From the NCBI RefSeq assembly GCF_032191835.1, contig NC_083226.1, forward strand, positions 38,688,001 through 38,752,000: 64,000 nucleotides of DNA, read 5' to 3'. Positions within the stretch are counted from its first letter, which is position 1, and the number at the start of each line of letters is the position of its first letter. A program made the position numbers and the translations under genes. Of the stretch, positions 25,263 through 37,506 are shown piece after piece. Under the pieces are notes generated by a model. The model was given only the letters and a program-made list of their open reading frames with translations, was not told where the DNA came from and made no database searches. The DNA comes from Heteronotia binoei (Eukaryota).

Positions 25263-26789
25263 GTTTATAATAATCCAGTATAAAAAAATTATTAATTCAC
25301 CTCAATAGCTGTGCATGTCGATTCAAAACCAAAGCCAAAAATTTTATTTATGTTTTCATATGGCAGAAAGGATATTGTAGACAAAAGATTTGCATCATGC
25401 AGATACATTTATTGGGCTGTTTAGGCTTGCCAGCCCCACCCAGGAGGTGGGGAGTGCCCCATCCCCTTCTCCCATTGCCTGTCACTGCTGTGGTCAAAAG
25501 GAGGAAATATTTTTTAACCTCCATTGGCAATGGTGTGATATTACTTCTGGGAAAAACCTGGATGTGAGATCAAGCCTCTCTAGGATGTGGTTATGCTGTC
25601 CTTTTGAATGACAAAGGTCTAGCTAAAGAGTCACCCCACACATGTACACGCATACTCACACATCTAAAATTGACATGGTGTTTTGCTGCAGATGCTGAGT
25701 GGATTTTTTTAAAGAGCAGTCTTGTATTGGTCATACCTGGCATGTGTCAAAGGTGATGCAAATCCTTTAAAATTATCTCTGCTTTCTGCTGTGGCTTGCA
25801 CTATTCATAGCACACAAGCCCCAGCAACTCAATTTGTAAATGCTATTAGGGATTTTTTTTTTCCTCCCCTTAGAAATTAGAATCTCTAGGTGATATCAAC
25901 ACTACAGCAGATGCAGTTTAATACTATAGGCTTTTGAACAATAATGTCTTAGCTACTGTTAACTCTGCATGGATACGGGCTTTCACGCGTTCCTGCAAAG
26001 CTACAAAGGTTTGTGAGTGGGGAGGAGGTAAATAAAAACAGGCCATAATTCATTGTGGTTCTAGTTCTTGTAATTGTTAGCCGTTCCCCCCACACACACA
26101 CACACACACACAAACCCTAGGGTCAACTCAGATTATTTCAGCGGCACAATTACATGTTAAGTGCACCATAACCATTCTCATTTTAGCACTAATAGTTTAA
26201 CTTTAAAACAGAGTCACCCTGAGCGATCCCTATTAATTACATTCATCAAATCTGAGAGTCTGCCATAGCCCTGTGGCTAATTCATTCTCTTTAAGACCCT
26301 CACCAATGAACAGGCTGCCTGACACTGCAGTGGAATAATTTTACCACTTCTACCCTCAAGCCTAATTACAACGGTAAGCGGATATTGAATGATAGCCATT
26401 ATCAAGACCTGTGACCTTTTGTGACATGAGAAAGAAAGAATGCTTCAAGTCTTCTTTGGGAATTTTCACCTTATAGGCTAGAGAAGAAATCAGATCACTC
26501 ATTAAGTGAGGAAAGATAGTCTCTTTATACACTGTGGGAGAATGTAAAATCTTTAACTTTTGTTTAGCCAATCTCTTTACCAGCTCAAAGAAGTCAACTC
26601 TTGCAGTTTAGGACTTCTCTGTACAATAGTTCGTACTTAGGTTCCAACCATAAAATGGATGTATTAGTGGGTTGAATGAGAATTCATAAATTGAAATTCA
26701 AATGAGACACTATAGAAGTTCTTTTAAAAAAACAAACAAACAAGCCTGTTTTGGATGAAGTTACGTTTTTCTTAAGAATCAGGTTCACA

Positions 26790-27240
26790 GCTTGCTGGTG
26801 CTAATAGATCCAGACTTTATCCTAGATGTCCAGAGGGCTTCCTTAACACAAAGCACCTTTCTGAAGCTGAGATTCCTTGGCAAAAACAGTTCTGCCATGG
26901 TTATCCATGATCTGCTAACACCCAGGCTAGATCACTTCAATAAGTTTTATGTGGGGCTGCCTTCAGGCAATATTTTGAACCTGTAACTTTTTCAGACTAT
27001 AGCAGCCAGATTAACTGCCACTTTTTGATCTGATCAGATTTCTCTAGTGTTAAAAGATATTTACTGACTTTTAGTTTTTGTGCAGTAGTAGTTTGTGTTG
27101 GACTATGACTGCTGTAAAGCTCTTTGGGTGACCTCAACCTAAGTCACAGGGTTGTTTACTTGAAATGCTGTTAGCCGCCCTGAGCCTGCTTCGGCGGGGG
27201 AGGGCGGGATATAAATAAAATTTTACATTACATTACATTG
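26790..27240 (+). mobile_element. Degenerate L2 fragments
   Basis: VIHDLLTPRLDHFN resembles the L2 motif VIHALVTSRLDYCN. An L2-type tail lies at 27170-27240. Confidence 0.55.
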
Positions 27241-28229
27241 TTGAGAATAAAATGGGTGCAGAGGGGAACCATGTCTGCTGCCTTGAGGAATTAGCAGGTT
27301 AATTGTTTCTGGGCTGCAATTCAAAGTGCTGGTTAGGTGGGTGGCAACTGTGATGACCTGTTTATGAAATGTGTTATCCAGATATTCTCTTTATGTTGCT
27401 GCCCTGAGTGGATTTCAGCTGCCTGATAAAGACTGTTCTGTTATTTCATTCTTTCAGTGATTGACTGCTCCTTCAGCCTTTCACTGCTACTGCAGCACAT
27501 TCAAATGTGCATGCAAAACTATAACATTTGAACCAGTATTTAATCCTGCAAATTCCTGAGTGGAAGGAACCTGGAGATCTCCCAGTATTACAATTTCTCT
27601 CTAGAAAACCAAGATCAGTTCCCCTGGAGAAAATGACTGCTTTGGAGGGTGGACTATGTATACTGCTGAAGTCCCTCCCCTTCTCAAAGTCTGCCCTTTC
27701 TAGACTCCACCCCCAAAATTTGCAGGTATTTCTCAACCCAGAGCTGGCAGCTCTGTTCACTGAGTCTCCATATAGCTGCCATGGCAAACGGTAATTGGGA
27801 ACAACTTGCATCTCCCTGCACAACTAATTGCATTTCCTTAGCAAGGTCTTATAGACTAAGACTGTCATTTGGTAGTCTGGCCATCAGCCATAGGCCTTCA
27901 GTAATGCAATCCTAAACAAAGCTGCTCTCTTCTAAGACCATTGACTTCAGTGGATTTAAAAGGATGTAACTTTGTTTAGAATTGCACTTCTAATCTTCCT
28001 TTGAAGCAGGAGACAATGATTAGTGGCTTCTCACACCCCTTTCATTTCTAGTCCTGTCATCTGGTTCCTTCTTTCCACTTCCTGTGGTGAGCAAAACTCA
28101 CAGCAGTCAAAGAGGAATGATTCATCCAAGAGGGAGACACATTACATCTGCCTTGTCTCCCACTTTAACAGGACAGCCTCCACCAGCTGACTGCTCCCCA
28201 GCATCTGACAGTGTCTCTGAACTTGTAGG

Positions 28230-28625
28230 CCCCATTTGGTTATCTTGGCTAATAGCCAACAATAGACCTATCCTCCATAAATCTGTCCAACCATCTTTTA
28301 AGTCCATGTCTTCTAGTAAGGAATTCCACATGTCAACTACAGGTTGTGTGACAGGACTTCCTTTTCTACCTTGCTAACTGCCAGTTAGCTTCATAAGGTG
28401 ACCGCAAGTTCTAGTATTATGAGAGAGAGTGAAAAAATTCTCTGTCTCCTTCATTACACCAGACATCAACTTGCAGACTTTCATCCTGTGACAGTCTCCT
28501 GTATTCTAAACTACAAAGCCCCAGATGCCTTAGCCTGGATTCATAAAACAGATGCTTAACCTTGGGTTACCTTCTCAGCACTTTTTTCTAGCTCTTCAAT
28601 GACCTTTTGGAGTCTCAGAGATCAG
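28230..28625 (-). mobile_element. Old CR1 fragment
   Basis: Resembles the antisense CR1 ORF2 C-terminal region at 5070-5450 (gaattccacatg...gttctagtattatgagagag). Confidence 0.55.
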
Positions 28626-28634
28626 AACAGTATG

Positions 28635-28975
28635 TGTGTGTGTTAAGTGCCAAAAAGTCACTTCCAACTTGTGGCAACCCCATGAATTAACTTCCTCCAA
28701 AATGTCCTCTCATTAACAGCGCTGCTGAGGTCTTGCAAACTGAAGGCCTTGATTAAGTCAATCCATCTTAATGTCGGGTCTTCCTCTTTTCCTACTGCCT
28801 TTGACTTTTCTTAGAATTATTATCTATTCCAGTGACTCTTGTCATCTCACAATATGACCAAAGTATGATAGCCTCTTTTTAGTCATTTTAGCTTCCAGGG
28901 AGAGTTCAGGCTTGATTTCATTTAAAACCCACTTATTTGTCTTTTAGCAGTCCACAGGATCCATAAATCTCTCTA
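28635..28975 (-). mobile_element. RTE/BovB-like fragment
   Basis: Resembles the recalled antisense BovB 3' ORF region (ccatct...cttcctctttt...ccaaagtat...gcagtccacagg). Confidence 0.45.
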
Positions 28976-30631
28976 TACCAGAAGGGTATATAATATTGCA
29001 AGTGAGGTTGCATCTAGGACTTGTATAAGGACAATACTAGACCAGCTATTTTATTCTCACCCTTTTGCCTGGTGATTTAAAAAACAACAACAAACATTCC
29101 TACCACATACCAAGTGGTTGTTTCCAAGAAGTTATCCACAACTCTTTTTCTTGTTCTGTTTAGACTCCTTCAGTTTGTGTATCTATGGAATTAGGATCTC
29201 CCCTCTGATGAGCTCATAAACATATGGATAAAGCCAACCCAGAAGGTCCCCACATAAACACAAACACTGGACCTGCTTGCATGCTTTCTGGTACAAAATA
29301 AATAAATAATCAGATTACATGGCAAGATCTTTGTCTTTAATCCTGTCCCTCTGGATTCCCCCCTTGTTAAATTGCTTAGGTGCTCTGTGAATTCGTCTGA
29401 ACCTAGTTTTCAATTGTTTGACTGAGTGTTAACTGTGCTTGAAGATCCGGTTTGTAATGCATTTCAGGGCCAAAAATCAGGAAATCTCTTCCTTGTCAGG
29501 TGTCCAGTGACAATTACAGACAAGCCAGGAGGAAAGAAGGATCTGTACCATTCAATGTTTTTAAAGGCTTTAGTCCAGATGGAAAGAAAAGGTACATCTG
29601 TTGCAGACAGGTCCATTATTACTGAGGTTGTTTACGGCTGATTTCACTGTCAGCTTGTGCTTGTTTTAGAGCCTAATCATTGTGTTCATTGTGAAAGTCA
29701 AGTTTTTAGACTTTCATTGTACATAAGAAAAAAGAAAATGGCCAGCAGTTTCCAGAAGTCAGCAAAAGGAACAAAAAAGCAAGTTAAAAATGACATATTA
29801 CACTTTAATGCTTTTACTGCCAGGTTCTTCCAAATGTACAGTAAGAAAACTTCTGATCTGCTTTCCACTTGTATCAAGAAGTATCTCTAAGAATGCTGAG
29901 TTACTACAAAAACCTATAATAACAACAAGTGGGGAAAGTCTAATATCATGTACTGTCATTACTTGCAGATAGATCTGTAATTTTTTTTTTCAAAATCCAT
30001 CAACTAAATAGAATTTTTAAAAAGAAGAAAGGAATACATAGAAACAAAAATATAACAGTGGTGGCAAAACCACAAGTTTCTATAAAAGGCATATGCAATT
30101 GTCATCTTTGTGCCATAAATTCAAATCTTGATAAATATGTATATGAATTTATTCCTTTAATATCTTGCAGAAAACATGTAAACTCAATAGATATCATATA
30201 TCTGTGTTCTGTGCTCTTAATTTTAGTGTTAGGTATTTTAAGGCTGTCTTGTGCATAGCTGGATCATTTCAGGCTGTGAAATGTTTTATGCTGTTTTTAG
30301 ATTCTGGCTGGATTTTTAATGGTTTGTTAATTTTCATGGTTTTATGCTGTTTTGTTATTTTATCATATTTTATTCTGTGTGCTACCTTGAGCATATTTCT
30401 GGAGAGGCAGTGTATACATGCTATAAATAAATAAATAGCAATTCCGCTGAAAGCAGATTGATTTGAGTGCTTTGAATTGGCTGTAGTAAACAGTAGTTTC
30501 ATTAGTGAGTTGTAGTGAAATCTGATGTGGGATTGATTTTTGGGTGTAAAGGTGAGTGTGAAGTATTGACATAATGTTACAATGGTATCCTTTTGGTCTG
30601 GAAGTGCGGTAGGTCATCCAGTTCAATGCCC

Positions 30632-30851
30632 TAGGGCTGCCAACTCCAGGTTGGGAAATTCCTTGAGATTTTGGAAGTGGCGCATGCAGAAGGCAGGGCT
30701 TTGGGAGGGGAGAAACCTCAGTAGGGTGTAATGTCATAGAGTCCACCCTCCAAACTAGCTGTTTTCTTCAGGGGAACTGACCTCTGTCATCTTGAGTTCT
30801 GCTGTAATTCCAGGAGATATCCAGGCATCCACCTGGGGGTTGGCAACCCTA
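30632..30851. mobile_element. Short Blackjack-like MITE
   Basis: TAGGGCTGCCA ... TGGCAACCCTA with the same internal motif in the opposite orientation. Confidence 0.72.
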
Positions 30852-31617
30852 CATGGCAAACCATGATTCGTTGGTGGATTACAAATTGTAGTTTCATTGC
30901 TAAATTATGAATTGTACAAGCCTGTTTCCTAGATATAACTTGCAGGTCACCCTAGTATTAGAATTAGGCAGGATTTAGACAGACAGGAGAATAAGGGGAT
31001 AGAATGTCAAGATGCTAGGAGGGATAGTGCTGCTTCAGACTGCAAATGATAGATTCCAATCCTGGATTCACTAAACAACAGCAGGAGACACCCAGCTTGC
31101 TGCTGTAGGCTTCTGTGCACAGAGAGTTTCTAATAAAGGGGAGTATTCCAAAATGTGAACTTCTGTGATCCTCTACTTACCATCTGAAGTGGTACAGTCC
31201 ATTTTAGCATCTCGTTCTCTCACACGTGCAAATCAGATATTATAGTGTGCGAATAAGGCTACTACCATATTTACTCAAAAAGGAATATGACCGTGACTTA
31301 GGGCTGCCTCCAGGTGGGGCCTGGAGACCTCCCGCTTTTACAACTGATCTCCAGCGGGCAGTGATCAGCTCTCCTGGAGAAATTGTGAAACCAGAGAGCT
31401 CACAAGTATGAGTAAGGTATATAGGAGAACACTCCGTGAGAGCTTTAACTAATATATATTGAAAACAATATTTTAAACAATATTGAAAATCACAATATTT
31501 CCACATTAATTTGAAATTATTTCACAGTCCATTTTACAATATACAATGTTTTTATTCGTTTGTAGGACTTCCTGAAGTCCAATTCACCAATGCAGGTGTG
31601 ATTGTAGCTCTCAAACT

Positions 31618-31687
31618 GGTGTGGCTGCAATTAACTGGACTGCTGTTTCTGTCCACTTTCGGAGAATCCTTCTTCAGGCAGCTCACC
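31618..31687 (-). ncRNA. Type-I hammerhead ribozyme-like motif (left arm)
   Basis: Minus strand GGTGAGCTGC-CTGAAGA-AGGATTCTCC-GAAA-GTGGAC...GTCCAG-TT-AATT-GCAGC. Core and U16.1 are intact, with a 4-nt insertion before stem I. Confidence 0.6.
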
Positions 31688-31817
31688 AAGGGATACAGTT
31701 TCAATTTGGCTCTGCTCTGCTTATCTCCAGGGATCAAGCACGGCTCCACATTTCTCCACATTTCTCTTTGTCCTTAGCTTCCTTTCCAAGGAAAGCCAAA
31801 TTGAAACTGTATCCTTT

Positions 31818-31883
31818 GGTGAGCTGCCTGAAGAAGGATTCTCTGAAAGTGGACAGAAACAGCAGTCCAGCTGCAGCCACACC
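31818..31883 (+). ncRNA. Type-I hammerhead ribozyme-like motif (right arm)
   Basis: CTGAAGA 31828-31834, stem II, GAAA 31845-31848, stem III TGGAC/GTCCA, stem I GCTGC/GCAGC extended by GGTG/CACC. The U16.1 position is C. Confidence 0.6.
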
Positions 31884-32670
31884 AGTTTGGGAACTACAAT
31901 CACACCTGCATTGGTGAATTGGACTTCAGGAAGTCCTACAAACGAAGAAAAACATTGTACATTGTAAAATGGACTGTGAAATAATTTCAAATTAATGTGG
32001 AAATATTGTGATTTTAAATATTGTTTAAAATATTGTTTTCAACATATATTAGTTAAAGCTGTCACGGAGTGTTCTCCTATATACCTCCTGGATAAATTGG
32101 CTGCTTTGAAGGGTGGACTCTATGGCATTGTGCCATGCTGAGGCCCCTCTCCTCCCCAAACTCCACCCTGTCCCAGCTCCACCCCCAAAGTCTCCAGATA
32201 TTTTCCAGCACAGACCTGGCAACCCTACCCTGAATGTAAGATGGCCGCCTTAAAATTTTTAAGCATGCAAATATATTATTATTGGACTTAACTTGTATGC
32301 AAATGTAAGACAACCTTCTCCCCTCTTTTTTTAATGGCATACCTGGGGGGGGGGACTGGTTGTGTATTTGAGTAAATGCTGTATTGCTGCTACTACAGGC
32401 ATTTCTGTCATGGTGTATCCTACATTATCTATTATCATTCAACTGTAATGTAGTTCTCAGTGCGGTCCACTGCCCAGCAGTCATCAAATGTTGATTAATC
32501 AGATGTGAAGAATCCAGCAGATATGCATGCCATGTGAACTGATTCCATGTATGGAGTGAAACTGGCATGACTGTCAGAGTGACATGTATAACTGTTTTAA
32601 AGGTAGCCTTGATAAGAATGGGTCTATGTGGGGAAATGGAATTTTTAAAAAATCTGTTAAAAATCTCTAA

Positions 32671-32853
<183 letters not shown>

Positions 32854-35800
32854 TAAAATTGATACTTAAAAAAACCCACAAAAAATCAAAGGAGATTTTT
32901 AGGCTCTGTGTGTTAAAAGGTTTGAGATTAAAGATAATAATTATTCAGCATTCAAAGAGAATTAGGCCATATTATTTTAATACATTAACAGTCTTAAATA
33001 CTATTAAATGTTATTGAAGGTAATGTTAAATATTTAAAAAGGTTTAGCTTGCTTGGGATTAAAGTTGATATAATGATACAAGCCCAGAAACAAGAAAGAT
33101 TAATCCTTCTCTTATTATATATGCATAACCATTATGCAGTGCAGATATTCTGGTGATTTATGTACAGCCTCATAGGTAGAGGCTCTACTACTAGAAGCAC
33201 ATATTTATGCAGTACTGCTTTGCCAGTTGATAGGTTTAAAATTATTGAGAAGCAATGACATAATTTAGTAAGTGGCCGTATTGACTGTTTAGCTGTGTTG
33301 GTAGATTGAAAATTGGAAGAGTTTGATGGGGAAAGTCATCCTTTTTGTTTTGTAGAATGATATAATCTGACAGTGAAAGATCTCACAGATGTATTTTGTC
33401 TATCATATTTTTCTCAGTCTTCCTCCAAAGGGCTGTAGTGTTGCCATTCTCCAGGGGGTACCTGGAGTTCTCCCAGAATTGCAAATGATTTCCAGATGAC
33501 TAAAATCAGTTCCCTTAGTCTAGAGGAAATGGCTGCTTTGGAGGGTGGACTCTATGGCATTGTATCCCACTGAAGTCTCTCCTCTCTCCAAACCCTGCCC
33601 TCCCTAGGCTCTACCCCCAAATTTCTAGGAATTTCCCAAGCTGAGGCAGTGTTACATGGCAGTGTTAATGGCTCTCCATTGTTCTCAAAACATTCTGTGA
33701 AATAGGTTAGGGTGGGTATGTTTGGCTGACTCAAGGTGAGAAATCTTCATGGCTCCCTAATGGCATTTGGACCCAGATCTCCTCAACACTGTTTTGAACA
33801 GTACAACTCATTGGCTCATAATTATGTCTTCAGCCAATATGGTTGACTTGTTCAGGTTAATTTTTCTCTATTTACCGTATTTCACAATGATAACAATAGT
33901 AACACAACCACACAGCAAAACAGCAGTTAACAAGATTTGTTAACAAGAAATAACACTAATTATCACCAAAGCTTTGCGAAAATAAGAAACTTCTTCACCT
34001 GGTGGCCAAAATTCAAACAGGAAGATGTTATCTGTCTTTCATCCTTCAATCATGGAGCCTCACCTCACTCCTAGAAGGCTCCCTCCCACTCCCTGCTGGC
34101 GCATTGTCATGGCAACCCTAGGTGAATGGCATCCTAAGCAGAGTTGTACCCATCTAACTTGATTGAAGGATGAAAGACAGATAGCATCTTCCAGGATAAT
34201 AATTATTGGTGTAAATTTAGTATTTTGATCATTCAAAGGGCCCCCTTGTATTATATCAATCCTCTCTCTGCCATAGAAATTCTCTGGGTAACCTTGGACT
34301 GGCCTGTCTCTCTCTCAGCCTGCCCTATATTGTAGGGCTGTTGGTGAGAATAACACGGAGGAGAGGAAAATGATTTTGTCAGCCACTTTGGGTCCCCACT
34401 GCAGAGGAAAACAGTATAAATAAAGAAATAATATGAGGGGGCACTTTGAATGATCAAAATATTAAATTTACACCAATAATTATTATCCTGGGTGACTCTC
34501 ACTATTGACTATGACAGCAAAATGAAGATTCTGTGCTGCAAATCAAAATAAGGCCAAGTACTCAATTCTGGGAACAGAAGAAAATCGTCATCTTGATGTC
34601 CAATTTGTCAGCTTCCCAGGGGTGTTTGGTTGGCACACTGGAAACAAGAATGCCAGAACTGAAGGAGAACAGTCCTTGTTTTATTTTAAGGTTCAAAGGC
34701 ACATAGAACGGTACAACAGAAATCCAGGCCATGAGGAGAAGTGGTATAACCTGGTTTATTTTGACACACACACACACAATACATAAATGGCTCCATGTCT
34801 ACTAGAATATCCTTGCAAACACTGGATGATCTCAATAGGTGGGCCTGCCATGAAGATGCCCTCCGGAATCTGGATAGCCAGTCTTCCATTCATAGGTGGA
34901 AGCTGGCCCACTTTCAGACCAGAGCCAGAAACACATTGCTTGTTTTGCATCTGTAATTCAGCAGAAGCCCTACGCTGTGATGAACCTTGTTTTTATGCCG
35001 TCATTTTATCCCTGGTTTTGCCATACCCTCTCTGTCTCTTGCCACTCCTGAGTCCCCAATAGAGGCATTTCAATTAACTTTTCTTGTCTGAGAGGAAAGA
35101 TTCTGCTTCAATATCCATTAGGCTTGCCAGCTGTCTAGGGAAAAATGTCTTAACCTTTTAGTAGAGGCTTACTGTGATGTCATTTACCAGGCAATGTTGT
35201 TGATGTCCATGCCATGAAAAGCTTCAGCTGCCCGGTTCCAAACATTAAACCTTGATTAAAGAAGCAGAACAGTGTTCTCCGAGCCTGGTGGCAACCCCAA
35301 TATCCATCTTCCATTGATTACCATGTGCCCAGTCCATGAAGATTACATCAAATACATAAAAGATGAACCATTCATCACTTTTTATCCACGTCTAGAGGAG
35401 CCAAGAGGGGGAAGGGCATTCCACCAAAGTCATAATAATGTTAACTCAAGGCAACCAGTGGGGAATGAGGGGGACTTATTGGGAGTGAGAGGAAAGCCCA
35501 GCCAATGTTGTAGTGACATGTCTATGTCACTTCCATCATTATCTGGAAGTAATGTCATCACATTGGCAATCAAGTCGACACTCTGGTATTTGGGCAAAAT
35601 CTCTATGGTAACTTTGTCTTCTACCAGAGTGTCACTGTGACATTGCTGACATGATGATATCACTTCTGGGTCTCATTGAAAGTAATGTAGACATGTCACT
35701 GCAACATTGACTGGGCCTCCTCATTTTCCAGGTTAGTCCCTCCCACCACCAGCAGCCACCTGATTGGCAAAGGGGTGGTAGGGCCTGGTGGTGGAGGACC

Positions 35801-36066
35801 ACCGCCTCTACATGGGGGGGCCTGACAACCCTACTAACTCATATTAGTTGCATTCTTCTACATCAAATTTGTCTAAATCTAATTCTGTAACTCTAGTCCT
35901 ATTGCGTTGTTGATTAGAAGTCTCATGCTATCTGATTGCACTTTTTTACAAAAATAATTTGTAATCTGCCTTACGTCAGTGAGAAAGGTGGGCAATGAAT
36001 AAAGTAAATATGCGCAATTCATATAATGTGAAGTTAACAACAGTTTCCGTATTTTTGTCTTTTCAG

Positions 36067-36088
36067 AGTTTCTCATACCAGGATGGTG
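36067..36088 (+). CDS. PALM2: Paralemmin-2 22-nt microexon
   Basis: Acceptor tttttgtcttttcag and donor gtg|gtaagt. Encodes SFSYQDG plus 1 nt (recalled human GFSSTDG). Phase 0 in and phase 1 out, which fits both neighbouring exons. Confidence 0.88.
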
Positions 36089-36388
36089 GTAAGTTTTTTC
36101 TTTTCCCTACTACCAGTGTGTACCTACCATTCCACACCCAGAATCCAGAGCTGGATTTCCAGGGTTGCAGGACGCACACAGGGAAACAGATGTGCATATT
36201 GGAGTGAGGACTGGCCCTAGGGTGAACTGATCCTACTTTCTCTTGTGCAAGTGCCGCACTGCTGAGGAGTCAGTATTGTCCCCTTGACCCCCCACACTCC
36301 TGCTCTCCAATGTGTATGGCTGTTCCTTTGTGCAGGTATTGCAACCCCAGAAGGGGCTGCAGGAACAGAGAGGAATGTGGGAAAACTC

Positions 36389-36652
36389 TAGAACAAAGTG
36401 GGAGCCAAGTTTCACCTTTAAGACCAACAACGTTTTATTCAGAATGTAAGCTTTCATATGCATGCATACTTCTTCAGATGAGGAGATAGGGTGCATGTAT
36501 TTCAGCCCACTGTACCCTATCCCCTCGTCTGAAGAAGTATGCAAGCATATAAAAGTTATATTCTGAATAAAACTTCGTTGGTCTTAAAGGTGCAACTTGA
36601 CTCCCACTTTTTTCTACTGCTTCAGACCAACACAGCTGCCCACTTGGATCTA
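36389..36652 (+). mobile_element. Penelope-like fold-back relic with minimal hammerhead motifs
   Basis: Arms 36389-36495 / 36511-36616, 15-nt loop and 36-nt tail ctgcttcagaccaacacagctgcccacttggatcta. CTGAAGA...GAAAGCTT on the minus strand of the left arm. Confidence 0.75.
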
Positions 36653-37199
36653 TCTCCGTGGGAAAACTTTGTGTATACCTTATGTACACCCATATATCAA
36701 GATATATTTTTAAATTAGCATGTAAGGTATTTAAAGCCAGGGGGCAGCCAGACTTTTCCCTGGAAGGTAATCTGGAAGTGAATCTTATTAATGTTAATAA
36801 CTTTGATCTAAAAAGCATTCCATCATTCCTTTCTGTGGGTCTCTGGTTGGATCCTTAAGAATTATGTTTACTTTCTGTGTTTGTGGAAACAATAATGAGA
36901 AGAGGCAAGGGGAAAGTGCTGTGCAACCAGAAGCTCCTCATTGATTAGTTGTTTCCTGTCGTCACTGCTTCTGGTTCCTTCTGCCTCCTCCCTTAGGAGG
37001 GAGGAGCAGACAATCTGAACTATGGTGTCAGCTGCCAGCCAACAGCAGCAACTGTCGTCTACATATCAATATGTTCCTAACACGTTAAACTTTTGTGTTG
37101 GGTTTTAGTTGTTGCCAAACAATGGGCTAGAAATATGAATAATAATAGTAGCACTGTTTTGAAAAACCAGATCTTCTTCCTGTTCTCATCCTTATAGTT

Positions 37200-37506
37200 C
37201 AGGAATGGCCAAACTTGCTTAACGTAACAGCCACACAGAATAAACATGAGATGTTTGAGAGCCGCAAGACATGAACATCAGATGTTTGAGGGAAGGAAAG
37301 AAGGAAGGAGAGAGAGGAGTGGAAAGAAAGTAACTTTAACTTTAAATGCATTCTCCAAGCCTCCAGCTAGCTTGGCTTAGAGAAGTTATTTAAAGAGAGA
37401 AATGCCTTTGCCAAGCCAGCCAATGGGGCTGTGGGGGCTTCAAGAGCCTTACAATATGTGTGAAAGAGCCACATGTGGCTCCCAAGCCACAGTTTGGCCA
37501 CCCCTG
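37200..37506. mobile_element. hAT-Charlie-like MITE
   Basis: TIRs CAGGAATGGCCAAACT / AGTTTGGCCACCCCTG and perfect TSD TTATAGTT. Confidence 0.82.

Larger units (their letters stand above)
31385..32086 (-). mobile_element. Fold-back element, probably Penelope-like (inverted pseudo-LTRs)
   Basis: Inverted arms 31415-31711 / 31794-32086, 82-bp spacer and 30-bp one-sided tail (31385-31414). A 13/14 flanking duplication CTCCTGGA(G/T)AAATT. Hammerhead motif in each arm. Inserted in a short MITE (31299-32227). Confidence 0.7.

Noticed and set aside
31511-31990. Paired ORFs MKLFHSPFYN... on opposite strands
   Set aside because: They are mirror images produced by the inverted repeat, with no coding signal.
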